A DNA stretch of 64,000 nucleotides from NCBI RefSeq assembly GCF_001194135.2, contig NC_068981.1, positions 168,065,555-168,129,554 of the forward strand, given 5' to 3'. This DNA is from Octopus bimaculoides. Taxonomy: Eukaryota. The position numbers and the translations under genes are program-made. The notes below the pieces were generated by a model. That model searched no databases. It saw only the letters and a program-made list of their open reading frames with translations, and was not told the DNA's origin. Shown here piece after piece: positions 38,847 through 51,148 of the stretch. How positions within the stretch are numbered: position 1 is the first letter of the stretch; each line of letters starts with the position of its first letter.

Positions 38847-39063
38847 CAAAAGTAAGCAAGAAAAAAAGAAAGAATAAATATGTAAATAGAAAGGAAGAAA
38901 GAAAACGCAAATTGAGAACGAAAAAGGGAAATCGAGAAAGAAAGAAAGAAATGTAGAGAGCAAAGCAAATTAAGCGTTCAACGAAATGCCTTCTTGAGAT
39001 TCATATAAAAAAATATGGGCGACATCATTGTCAGATTCGAGGTGAACGGAGTCATGGCTAACG

Positions 39064-39201
39064 AATAAATTTCCTCTCGTGTATATAGGGGTTAAATGTG
39101 TTTGATTGGGCATTCATATATAATGCTGGGATGTAATAGTTCTTGACTAGCTCAGCAAATCAGAGGTATTTAACCCTCTGTTGCAAGAGAAGAAATTTAT
39201 T
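39064..39201. repeat. Imperfect foldback (hairpin), about 45-bp arms
   Basis: AATAAATTTCCTCTC..AGGGGTTAAAT versus ATTTAACCCT..GAGAAGAAATTTATT. Confidence 0.75.
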
Positions 39202-39889
39202 TTCCAATACTGGACGCATCTACTCTAAATCCGACATAATGCCGCCCAAATTTTCTTCTGCAGGCTCCATTAAGGTGACAAATCATTGAACGGCATAGTT
39301 TACTTTATTTATTTATTTATTTAATTTTATTTTTCTTTCCTTCTTTCTTCCTATGTTAATTTGCGGAAGGCTTTTTTTTTTCTTTCCTGTATTGCTTTCT
39401 ATTTAATTACTTTACTACTTCGCTTGTTCTTCCGATCTTTCCTCTTTAATATCTTCCTTTCTTTTTTCTTTCTTACCAATGTTCTTTATCTTTTCTCTGG
39501 TTCGTCCTGTTTTATTCTATTCTATTTTCATTCGTTGTTCCTTGTACTGTGGCTTTATCTGTGGCTTTATCGAAAATTAATCATTTTTATTGTTTTATAC
39601 ATAAAAAAAAAGACAAGAGACTTTCCAGAATAATGCTCTCCATCCATTAACACAGTATTCACAAACAAAACTTCTTAATACAGCTTTCCTCTGAATCCTT
39701 GTAAGAAAAATAAACACGGGTTAGAGTGTATCAGCACAATTAGCTAGGATCCATGGGATGTTTGCATTACCCTGATGAAAGGTTGTGGGGTCTTCTCAAA
39801 TTGAAACTGACAATTGTAATATTCAGGTAGATAATATCCAGTTTCTGTCCGCAGACGCCATGATTAATCGCTGACCAAACACCATTCAA

Positions 39890-40049
39890 TTTTTTTTTCC
39901 GTGTTTTTCTCCTTGTTTTCTCCGTATTCTTTCCGTTGAAGAGCGTAGCTCGAAATGTTAAAGTCTTTCTGTATTCCCGAGCGTCAAATTAATACATCCT
40001 TTTGTTGTTTACACCGCCTGTCCTCGTCTGTTGTTGTTTTTTTTCGTAC
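39890..40049 (+). mobile_element. Dispersed repeat family G (unclassified; second copy 52480-52635 on minus strand)
   Basis: CCGTTGAAGAGCGTAGCTCGAAA...TTCCCGAGCGT.AAA.TAATAC...TTGTTTACAC shared with the reverse complement at 52.5 kb. Confidence 0.75.
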
Positions 40050-41599
40050 NNNNNNNNNNNNNNNNNNNNNNNNNNNNNNNNNNNNNNNNNNNNNNNNNNN
40101 NNNNNNNNNNNNNNNNNNNNNNNNNNNNNNNNNNNNNNNNNNNNNNNNNNNNNNNNNNNNNNNNNNNNNNNNNNNNNNNNNNNNNNNNNNNNNNNNNNNN
40201 NNNNNNNNNNNNNNNNNNNNNNNNNNNNNNNNNNNNNNNNNNNNNNNNNNNNNNNNNNNNNNNNNNNNNNNNNNNNNNNNNNNNNNNNNNNNNNNNNNNN
40301 NNNNNNNNNNNNNNNNNNNNNNNNNNNNNNNNNNNNNNNNNNNNNNNNNNNNNNNNNNNNNNNNNNNNNNNNNNNNNNNNNNNNNNNNNNNNNNNNNNNN
40401 NNNNNNNNNNNNNNNNNNNNNNNNNNNNNNNNNNNNNNNNNNNNNNNNNNNNNNNNNNNNNNNNNNNTATATATATATACACTCCTACACTCACACACAC
40501 ACACACACACACACACATATGTATTTAAATAATGAAGGCGGCAATATAAAACCAAAAAGGCAAAAAGGAAATATTCAGTTGTTACTAACTGTGACTGACG
40601 GTGCAGGGTAGCACCTACGTTCCTAGAAATAAGAGTTAAAGACCTTTAGAGCTGCAAAGAAACACATGTCTATACACGGAAAGGGGAGATAACCGCCCTG
40701 CGGCAAGCGAGCAGAATTTCCTACTCGAATAGTGCAAACCACTCCAAATCTTTGTTTTAGTGTCCGTGTGAATGGAGTTAGGACTGCCTTGCTTGCACTG
40801 GTATTGAGTCGTATGCTGTATAATAATGAAGTTGTACTAAGTAATGATATTTACAACGCATTTAAGACGCACGTTTCAGATAACTATGCAACGGATAAAC
40901 AGGAATTTCATCTCTTACGCGAAATCTTCATCAGTTAAAACATTTAGACAATTTTATGTTTTAACTAAGGAAGATTTTGCGTAAGAAATGGAGTTCCCTT
41001 GGTATCTATTGTGCAATTATCTGAAACGCACATATCAAATGCATTTAAAATATCATTACTTAGGTTGACTTCATTATTATATGTCTATTTGTGTGTATGT
41101 ATGTGTAGATATAAATAAAAGCATACGTTACAGTCAATCTTACCAATCGGTTTTGCACCGGATATTAGATAATCGGACGATTATCTAGTACATACGCTCT
41201 TCGGGAAATTGTTGAAAAGAAAATCTGTTATTGGAAGTAAGGAAATATCACATCCGGTTTCTATGTGCTGTGAAAAAAGACGAAACGAAGTCACGCGAGA
41301 GAATCAAGAGCTGTGTTCCTCCTACCCCCACCTCACCCCAGGACGCACATGATGCAGGAAAAACGTGGTGGGATAATGTGTGGGAGGGGTTTTAAGGTAT
41401 CGATACGTGCGCAGGGTGACATGTGTGTTGTGGGGTTTATTTTGAGGGAGATTAGAAAAATACCTAGACCTTTAACCCCATGTGTGAGTGCATATGCGTA
41501 TGTGTCTGTGTATGGATTTGTCAAAACTTTGTTAAGCCCTCGGGATGAGACGATGGAAGGACAGCTAGAGGAGGTCCTAGCTTTTATAATCATAGGTTA

Positions 41600-42045
41600 G
41601 CAATGATGCACATTCCTTTGTGTGGGCATGATCGGAAAATTTCGCTGTTGCTATTTAGGTAGATATCCAGATGAAGAGAGTTTTTTTATAATTCTCTTCT
41701 CATTTAGGCATAGCCTGCATAGTCTGCTACAGTTCAGGCAAGGCTTGCACTTCTCCAATATTCTCCACTTCATGTTGTACAGCATGGCATTATCCTTCCA
41801 GGACCATATATGCTTAATCAGGGCTGTGACATTGAGTCTCTCCGGGATATTAAAAGAGGACTTGTAGCTGTTAAACTTAGCCCTGAAAAAATCTTCTGTC
41901 GCGCCCAGCTATTTCCAAACGTTTGACTGTTCGCTGCAGTCCTTTGACGTCACCTCTGCCTCAGATACGACGGTCTTTGTGTTGCAGTGGGCGCTGAGGA
42001 GATATGTGGTATTACCTCAGCATGAGCATCTTGCCTCAGTCTCAG
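41600..42045 (-). mobile_element. Penelope-like element, GIY-YIG endonuclease remnant
   Basis: HCNTKTVVSEAEVT..*LGATEDFFRAKFNSYKSSF..TALIKHIWSWKDNAMLYNMKWRILEKCKPCLNCSRLCRLCLNEKRII. Confidence 0.9.
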
Positions 42046-42583
42046 GTATGGACCTACTCACTATTTTCATTATACTCACATACATACAAATACACACGTA
42101 TGCGTGTATGCGTTATTGTGCATGCACTCTAACGGAGAAAGAGAGGGAGAGAGAGGAGGAGAGAGAGGAGGAGAGAGACGCATAGATTGAGAGAAGCAAT
42201 CGTAAATATCCCATCAAAACCATTTTGACACGTATATCATATTAACACCGAATCGGAAACCTCAAGCCCTTCAACTCACCAAAACCACCCCCACTCTTGT
42301 AGATTCACTTCGGTAATAAAACAGACAGATTTGGCCAGGAAATCTCGCCCCTGTTCTTTCACATTACACAAATACCAAACCACGTTCTTGCATATGCAAG
42401 GGAGACATAAGGTCTTTCATGTTAGATCTATCAGCGCTAATTGATATTTTATTGACTCTTCGTTGGACTTTTTCTGATTTAATTTTGTCAATGGACATGT
42501 GTACACCAATATCAACACTGCGATTATATTAATATGGAAAGTCTAGCTCAAACACACCAATTTGACTTCATGCACCGATACAT

Positions 42584-42585
<2 letters not shown>

Positions 42586-42656
<71 letters not shown>

Positions 42657-42726
42657 CGGTGGCGGCAGTGGCGGCAGTGGCGGAGACGGCAGCGGCGGCA
42701 GCGACGGCAGCGGTTGCGACGGCGGC

Positions 42727-42787
<61 letters not shown>

Positions 42788-42865
42788 AAGGCGGCAGCAC
42801 TGGCGGCGACAGCGGCGGCAGCGACGGAAGCAGCGGCAGAGACGCGGTGGCGGTGATGGTGGTGT
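42586..42865. repeat. Compound (AGT)n repeat with GC-rich in-register variants (GGC/AGC/GAC)
   Basis: Two pure AGT blocks alternating with GGCGGCAGC-type blocks. Confidence 0.95.
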
Positions 42866-43212
42866 TTAGCTTTAGATGAGCCTTGACCCAGAAAGCCATG
42901 ATCAAAGATGTTCTAACCGTGACCAACCAATCTTTTTGCCAAGTATAATTTATCTAGAACTACAATGTGCAATGTACCATATTTCTAATGGAGTAATATA
43001 CTACTGTCTGAGGGATATTTTGCTATTATTTCTAACCGGTGGGTTGATGTATCTTCATGTTTGTAAGAGTCAATATATTTGTGTGTAAGTATGTTTGTTT
43101 ATGTGTATGTGTGTATGTGTATGTGTATTGTCTATGTTTGCAAGCATGTGTATTTGTTTGTATGTGTGCTTGTGTTTTTTCTACGTTTGTATGTGCTTGT
43201 TGGTGTACATGT

Positions 43213-43873
43213 GGATCTAGTTTAAAACGGGGGCACCAGTATTTTCTTAACGAAACACTAACGAAACACTTTGAAACTTGGGACACTGGTAGAATGTGTC
43301 ATATAAAACATCTTTTACTCTTAGTCTTCTTAACAAAAAAAAGGAATTCGCAAGTTATTCCATGTTAAAGTTGTCGTATTTCTGTAATTTCAACCAATCA
43401 CTGACGTCTATTCAGCTGAATAGAGTTACTGCTGGACGGTCATAAAAATGTTATTCCCTGTGACATATTTCATCCGGTTTAATCGTAATTTATACGCATA
43501 TATTGTTTATATAATAAATTACGCTGTGCGTATCTATGTGTGTAACAATTTTAGAGTTCAGATTCTAGAGTTAGGGTTAGTTTTAGTGTTAGGGTTAGGG
43601 TTAACAGTCTAGTTAGGGTTAGGGTTAGGGTTAGGGGATTAATACGATATACACCGTTACAGCGCTAACTGTTTTCAACTGAATAGACGTCAGTGATTAG
43701 TAGAAATTATCGAAATAAGACAATGTTTTACATGAAATAAATTCGAATACAAAAATTTTTTTCTGTTCTATAACACAAAATAGATAAGTATACGAAGTTT
43801 GAAAGTCTTTCGGTACCAAAAACACTACATAAAACATTAATGAAAACCGGTGCCCCCGTTTTAAACTAGATCC
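43213..43873. mobile_element. Non-autonomous DNA transposon (MITE), GG-ended TIRs, 8-bp TSD, internal (TTAGGG)n
   Basis: 25-bp perfect TIR GGATCTAGTTTAAAACGGGGGCACC; TSD GTACATGT/GTACGTGT; subterminal inverted repeat 43371-43420 / 43674-43723. Confidence 0.9.
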
Positions 43874-43962
43874 GTACGTGTTTATGTGCGTGTATGTGTG
43901 TGTTATCTGTTGCGCGTATGTTTGTGCATATGTTTGTCTGTGTGCGTGTGTATTTGTATGTG

Positions 43963-44216
43963 GGTAATCTTCAAGTTTAGGGGGATAAAATAAATAAATA
44001 AAAATATTCGAGGGAAATAACTGAACGACTTACCAGTATTATCCGTTTTCTTCTAGCTGTTTATAAATAAATCACATCCTAACCCTAACGTCAATCAAAT
44101 CACGTGTTTGATTTATTTATAAACAGAGATGTACGGAGAATACTGGTAAGACGTTCAGTTACTTCCCTTGAATATTTTTATTTATTTTTTTCATCCCCCT
44201 AAACATGAAGATTACC
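43963..44216. mobile_element. Foldback MITE with 9-bp TSD (Merlin- or MULE-like)
   Basis: Nearly fully palindromic; ends GGTAATCTTCA / TGAAGATTACC; TTGTATGTG at 43954-43962 and 44217-44225. Confidence 0.92.
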
Positions 44217-45191
44217 TTGTATGTGTACGCGTATGTGTGTGCGCGCCGTATGCGTCTTCATCATATGCGTATGTTGTGTATATGCGCCATGTGTGTGCGT
44301 GTGTGTGTGTATGTGTTCATGAGCATGTGTGTGTTCATGAACATGTGTGTGTATATATGTTTGTCTATGTTTGTATGTGTACGTGCGAGTGTATGTGGGT
44401 TGGTCAAATCTTTACGCATGTGTGTGTGTGCGTGGTTGCGTGTCTGTGTGTTTGTGTTTGTATGCGTGTGGGGGGGGGTATCAATTTATGAATGGTTGTA
44501 CATGGATGAACCCATGCGAACGTGTCTAAGTGCCGAGGTGAATCAAAGTAACATTGCATTTAATTACGAGCATCTATGCGATTTACTGATGCGAGTGTGT
44601 GTAAGCGTACATGTGTACATGTGTGTGCATGTGTAGCTGTGTATCTCTTTCTGTATATGTATGAATATTCGTGAGTCTGGGTGCGTAAGAGAGAGGGTTT
44701 GCATTTGAACAAATACATCAACATTTGGGGGATATACTTAGATATACGTAGATATATTTACGTGTACTTATATGTGCGCATGCGCTTTGCTTAATAAAAC
44801 TGCGGAATATGACAGAGAAACAAATGTACTATTAATAATATGTATAAGCATATAATGTGCATGCATACTTATATAGATATTTGCCTCTAGCATTAGCAAA
44901 TTAACAACCTTTTGCTTCATGTCTCCCGATAAAGATATTTGATATGCATCAAGATATGATGCTAATTTAAAATTATAATTGTCTTCAGTATATTTTAGCG
45001 CCTCGGATATAAAATAAATTAACTATATAACTGTTAGTCTATTTTAATAGAGACATTGATTCGCCTAATTAGTAATTTTGATTTTTCGCATATGAACAGT
45101 ACAAAACGCTTCAATTATATTTTACTTGTTTCGTTTATTTTTCTCTTTACGTTTGCGTTATGAAATAATAATACTACATGCTTCAATTAAC

Positions 45192-45533
45192 CTTTTATTT
45201 GTTTCAGTAATTAGGCTGCGGCTATGCAGGAGCACCGCCTTGAAGAATTTGTTTGTTTTATTTACTCAAGTGCTTATTCTATCGATCTCTTTTGCCGGAC
45301 CGCTAAGTTACGAGGACGTAAGCTCACCAACACCGTCTATCACACACACACACACACATATACATCTACACAACGGGATTCTTTCAGTTTTCGTCTACAA
45401 AATCCACACACAATGCTTTGGTCATCCCGGGGCTATAGTAGAAGATACTTGTCCAAGGTGCCATACGGTGGGACTGAAGCCAGAACCATATAGTTGAGAA
45501 ACAAACTTATTACCACTCAGCCACGCGTACGCC
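45192..45533 (-). mobile_element. SINE family B, near full length, with internal CA microsatellite
   Basis: Both halves contiguous, colinear with 54070-54487. Confidence 0.88.
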
Positions 45534-46649
45534 TATAATAATTCGTTGAATTACAACTAAGTGCACAGGCCAATAGTTACTACAGATGGATTACACCGAT
45601 TTTTTTTCCACGGTTGATATATGCTAAGTTATTGTCAAAATAAACATTCGGTTGATATATCTCGGGTGATATAACATTCAGATTTATAGACGGTGAATCG
45701 ATACGTTTTCTTTTAGCGTTAAAATTCTATTAGAATGTATAAAATTAGACGATTAAATAATCATTTTAATCGATAAGTTTTTCTAGCATTAAAATTCTAT
45801 TAGGATGTATAAAATTGGGCAATTAAATAATCATGTAACAATTTGTGGAAACTTACTGATATATTAAATGCATGTTAATCTAGACTAACTGAATGATTCG
45901 TAAGTTCGTTTGTAAACTTGCTTGTTTCTCTTTCTTCGAATATATCAGAGGTGTAGCCAGGTTGTAGTAGGAACGAGTTTAACTCATTTCTCTTATATTA
46001 CGCGAAATATTTCATTAGTTATAACATATGTAATTGTATTCTACCATTCATTATTTCATGTTTCAGTAACTATGCCATTACCAGTGTGTATAAACCTTAC
46101 AACTACTAATATAGGTGTGACGTGAAAATGATGAAACTCCACGAGATCGTCCAGTGTCATGAGGTTATGACGTCAGGATTTGTTGTGGTTCTTCACATGT
46201 CAGCGGCCACCAATACGTCATAGGAAATTAAGCTGACAGTTCAAAACCACAAGAGATTAGTCAATTAAAGTAATGACTCCAGAAAGTTCTTCCAAGGCCA
46301 TGCGATAAACATAAAAAAAAAACAGATTCGACTTTTATCGCACAAGTGAACTAAAGAGTTTTCAAAAAATGTTGAAAAGCCGCCAATTTTGAAAAATGTG
46401 CTCGTCGGTGGCGGTGGAGTTCATTTATTTCCCTATTAGCTACGCCACTGGAACAAAATAGACCTCGTATTTTATTTGTCACCGATTATCTTCTAAAATA
46501 TTATGTAAACAGCAATGAAATTTTGTGGCTTTGGACTTAGATCAATATATGCCTTTTAATGTGAGGTATTGCTTATTCCATTATTAATTCTACCCTCTAT
46601 CTAAACTAAATTTTAACTTGATTTCCATAAGGTACGGTAACAATTCTCG

Positions 46650-46904
46650 GATCTTTGTGGCTTTCGTCACTGCTTACAATTTTGTTCCAGTTGTTTTCAA
46701 ATTTGGTATTTGGATTAAGTTTTGTATACTAATTATGAAAATGAAATTCATTTTCCCTATAAATCCATAATTCAAACGTTATTAGCCTTTAAAATTTGCA
46801 AAATTTAGATATTTTAGCCAATCAGGAGCGAGTATTTTACACATCACCGTGACGAAAAGCTCTGTTTCCATAGTAACCAAAGATGCTGCGCATGCGCATA
46901 AGGA
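46650..46904 (+). mobile_element. Dispersed repeat family F, copy 1 (unclassified, probably a DNA-transposon fragment)
   Basis: About 250 bp highly similar to 53636-53879. Confidence 0.85.
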
Positions 46905-47668
46905 GGAAAAGGAGATACTAGAAAGATAATCTTCTGAATTATACTCTTGTGTTTTTCTCCGTCACAACATATGAATGAGAAAAGGAGTGATAGATGAATA
47001 AGGATGAATAAGGATGATGNNNNNNNNNNNNNNNNNNNNNNNNNNNNNNNNNNNNNNNNNNNNNNNNNNNNNNNNNNNNNNNNNNNNNNNNNNNNNNNNN
47101 NNNNNNNNNNNNNNNNNNNNNNNNNNNNNNNNNNNNNNNNNNNNNNNNNNNNNNNNNNNNNNNNNNNNNNNNNNNNNNNNNNNNNNNNNNNNNNNNNNNN
47201 NNNNNNNNNNNNNNNNNNNNNNNNNNNNNNNNNNNNNNNNNNNNNNNNNNNNNNNNNNNNNNNNNNNNNNNNNNNNNNNNNNNNNNNNNNNNNNNNNNNN
47301 NNNNNNNNNNNNNNNNNNNNNNNNNNNNNNNNNNNNNNNNNNNNNNNNNNNNNNNNNNNNNNNNNNNNNNNNNNNNNNNNNNNNNNNNNNNNNNNNNNNN
47401 NNNNNNNNNNNNNNNNNNNNNNNNNNNNNNNNNNNNNNNNNNNNNNNNNNNNNNNNNNNNNNNNNNNNNNNNNNNNNNNNNNNNNNNNNNNNNNNNNNNN
47501 NNNNNNNNNNNNNNNNNNNNNNNNNNNNNNNNNNNNNNNNNNNNNNNNNNNNNNNNNNNNNNNNNNNNNNNNNNNNNNNNNNNNNNNNNNNNNNNNNNNN
47601 NNNNNNNNNNNNNNNNNNNNNNNNNNNNNNNNNNNNNNNNNNNNNNTATATATATATATATATATATG

Positions 47669-47700
<32 letters not shown>

Positions 47701-47751
47701 TGTATATGTATATAAACTACACACAGTCACACATAAATATATGTATGTGTG

Positions 47752-47965
47752 TGTGTCTTTGTGTATGAGTCTGTCCCCCACCACCGTTTGACAACAGGCA
47801 TTGGTTTCTTTATACCCCTGTAACTTAGAGAGTTTCGACAAAAAGAAACTGAAAGAATAAGTTACCGGGTCCAAAGATAAGTATCGGGTCGGTTTATTCA
47901 GCGAAACCTCTCAAGATTGTGCCCAAGCATGGTCGCAGTCCAAAGACAGACAAGTAAAAAATAAA
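47752..47965 (+). mobile_element. SINE family B, 3' half (another at 48915-49055)
   Basis: TGTCCCCCACCACCGTTTGACAAC...CCCCTGTAACTTAG...GCATGGTCGCAGTC...ACAAGTAAAA. Confidence 0.8.
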
Positions 47966-48044
47966 TTGCATTTTATGTACTGGACCTTTGTACTGAGGAT
48001 GAAAATAGCTGCTATAATCATATACGACCCCTAATAATCCTTTT

Positions 48045-48250
48045 TATCATAGGCACAAGGCCCGAAATTTGGTGGGAGGGTCTAGTTGATTACATCGACT
48101 CCAGTGTTTCAATAGTACTTCATTTTTCGACCCTGAAAAGGCGAAGGGCAAAGTCAACCTCGGCGGATTTTGAACCCAAAACGTAACGGCAGACTAAATA
48201 CCGGTAAGCATTTCGCCCGGCGTGCTAACGATTCTGCCAGCTCACTGCCT

Positions 48251-48284
<34 letters not shown>

Positions 48285-48505
48285 ACCTCTAATAACAATC
48301 TTTTCTTCTCTAGGTACAAGGCCCAAAATTTTGAGGGAGGGGCCAGTCGATTAGATCGAACCAGTAAGCAACTGGTATTTAATTTATCAACTCCGAAAGG
48401 AGGAAAGGAAAAGTCAACCTCGGCGGAATTTGAACTCAAAACGTAAAGACAGACGAAATACTGCTAATCATTTCGCCCGGCGTGCTAACGTTTCTGCCAG
48501 CTTGC
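48045..48505 (-). mobile_element. Two tandem SINE family A copies
   Basis: Heads end near 48250 and 48505. Confidence 0.9.
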
Positions 48506-49390
48506 TGTCTGACTTCTACTAATAATATGATAAGCATTGTATACCAAACAATCAAAAGGACTAGTAACAGAATAAAGATTCATCTATATTTTACACTTAA
48601 AATCTATTGAGTACGTAATTCAATCGTGCTCTTCTTTATTGTTTGAGCGGATGATGTATCTCTGATGAGACAAGAGTCGTAACATTTGGCTATGATGTTG
48701 GAAGATGTAACAATTAAATATACTTACACTGTTCATAACATTAATTTCATTTTTAATATGAATTACTACGACTTACATGCATCTATACATAAGTGTGTGT
48801 GTATTTTTAATATATGTATATATTATATGTGAATGTATGCGTACATGTATCTATATATTATATGTGAATGTATCTGTGTACATATATTATACATATATAT
48901 GAGTGTGTATGTGTGATTGCGGTTCGGCAAAAGAGACCGATAGAATAAGTACTAGGCTTACAAAGAATAAGTCCTGGAGTCGATTTGTTCGACTAAAGGC
49001 GGTGCTCCAGCATGGCCGCAGTCAAATGGCTAAAACAAGTAAAAGAATAAAAGAATGTGTGGGGGGTGTATACATATACATATGCATACATATATACAAA
49101 TATAGTCATACCTATATGTATGACTATATATGTGGGGGGAGTGTGTGTGTATGTTTGTATGTATCTATCCATCTGAGGAATAGACAAATGGTAAGAATTT
49201 GTTAAATCCGAAACCTGGTTCCTGTTTAATAATGATTTTTTTAGGTGATTTTAAATGTCTTGCCCGCTCACGTTTTTGGTATGCTGCTATATTTCATGTT
49301 GAGAACTTTTTAGGTCTTAATAGACACAAAATGTGATCTATTTCTAGCGCATTAATTGTCCACGTTAGTGGTCGACGTTATTTATCTATG

Positions 49391-49446
<56 letters not shown>

Positions 49447-49451
49447 TAGAC

Positions 49452-49487
<36 letters not shown>

Positions 49488-50224
49488 TCTTTCTTTTATT
49501 TGTTCCAGACATTGGACTGCGTCCATGCTGGGGCAGCGTTTTAAAGAATTATTTTCGATCGTATCGCTCCAGTAATTACTCTTAAGTACTTGCGTGTATA
49601 TGTATGTACCCATGTATCTATGTGTGCGTGTGCGTGTGCGTGCGTGCGTGAGGGCACGCGCTAGTGTAAGTGTGTGCACAAGCATATTAATATTCGAGCG
49701 GTAATTAACATGTCAATACAGATAGTGCGATAGCGTCGGGGCAGTCATATAGACGCACATTGTTATTAAAACCATCACAGCAGAGGTTTACCAAATCGAT
49801 ACGGTGAAATGTAAAGTATTCTCTGGAGAACCACTTTCAGAATTATCGTAGTGAATGATCTGCATATATAATATGTATTGCTAAACAGAATATTTGGTTA
49901 CTAGAATGTCCACACATCATATTAGTGAAGATATGCTGTCACGGCTCTTGTCATCACAATAAGATAACGGGAGAATCTCGACACGCTTGCTTGACTTGCT
50001 GAAATTTGTAGCGACATCTCCCTCAAAATCTATCTTACATTTTTAAATAAGGAAATGACACATTGGTTAAATGTAGTCCTGTAATATTTCTGCTCTGTCA
50101 AGGCTGATCTCAACTTAAACAACTGCAGATGCGACAAACCACTCGACCTTATAGAAATAATAGCCAGATTTTCCTCTTATCACAACCTGACGTCTTTAAA
50201 AGAAAAAGGAAGATCACATTTGGT

Positions 50225-50516
50225 GACGACGAGGGTCCCAGTTGACCTGATCAACGGAACAGCTTGCTCGCGAATTTATCGTGCAAGTGGCTGAGCACTC
50301 CACAGATACGTGTACCCTTAACATAGTTCTCAAGGAGATTCAGCGTGACACAGGATGTGACAAGGCTGAAATACAGGTACATCTCACTTTTGCTAACTGA
50401 GCAAACTGGGGCAACGTGAAATAAAGTATCTTGCTCAAGGGTACAAGGCGCCACCGGGAATCGAACTCACGACATTACAATCGTCAGCCGATTACCCTAA
50501 CCACTAAGCCACGCTG
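50225..50516 (-). mobile_element. SINE sharing the family D 3' tail but with a different tRNA head
   Basis: Reverse complement GTGGCTTAGTGGTTAGG...GAGTTCGATTCCC..CCTTGAGCAAGATACTT..., then GAGAACTATGTTAAGGGTACACGT.TCTGTGGAGTGCTCAGCCACTTGCACG as in 35630-35785. Confidence 0.88.
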
Positions 50517-51033
50517 ATGGAAAAGACAGGATAGTCATGACTGGAATGAATTTGATCATAAATCTAGTGGATCAATGATGACTTGGGGTTAAACAACAAC
50601 AAAACATTCTCATTAAATATATCTGAGAGGAGTTGTAATTAAGATTATAATTTTCGGCATTATTTTCAATAATTACATCTAGACTACTTTTTGATCTGTT
50701 TGATTCCTAATTGTCCTCCAGTGTCTTATTCCAGGATATGTACAGAGTGTCAAACTGGATTCAAAGTTGGCAAGTTTGTTGCTGAGCTTAAAGAAACAAA
50801 GGAAGCGTTATAATATTTCTGATCCGGGGTACGCAATTGAGGCAGTATTAAACTAAAATAGCAATGTAACATACTTAATGTATATACACCGCTGATAGAC
50901 CAGTTATTGCAGTATTCGTCCTGAGATAAGATTTCTTATGGACGTGCTGTGTTAAAAACATGATAAATATCGGAAGAAGACTAAAAATCGCCGCAGCAGC
51001 GTCGGTGACATCATCGATAAAAGTATTACTCAC

Positions 51034-51148
51034 CTTTGAATAGAAATAAAGTTTACAAATTCAAATCCAATCTGGACAGTATACACATTCAAGAACAAGA
51101 TACCCGATGACAACAATAGATCAAATCAACCGAAATATAAGATTGTAG
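51034..51148 (-). other. Candidate non-coding exon (UTR or lncRNA)
   Basis: Minus-strand ATATTTATAATATTTACAG acceptor and AAG|GTGAGT donor; all three frames contain stops. Confidence 0.25.

Noticed and set aside
39930-39975. Hammerhead ribozyme in family G (TTGAAGA-G...C-GAAA)
   Set aside because: Core C3 is altered, stem II is only one pair and stem I does not pair canonically.
42562-42879. Ser/Gly-rich 105-aa ORF
   Set aside because: Entirely a compound triplet repeat with no exon signals.
43570-43635. Telomere or chromosome-fusion scar
   Set aside because: Short, degenerate and enclosed in a TIR element with a TSD.
50735-50813. Possible plus-strand exon (ICTECQTGFKVGKFVAELKETKEAL*)
   Set aside because: Acceptor is plausible but there is no linked exon or homology; too short to support.
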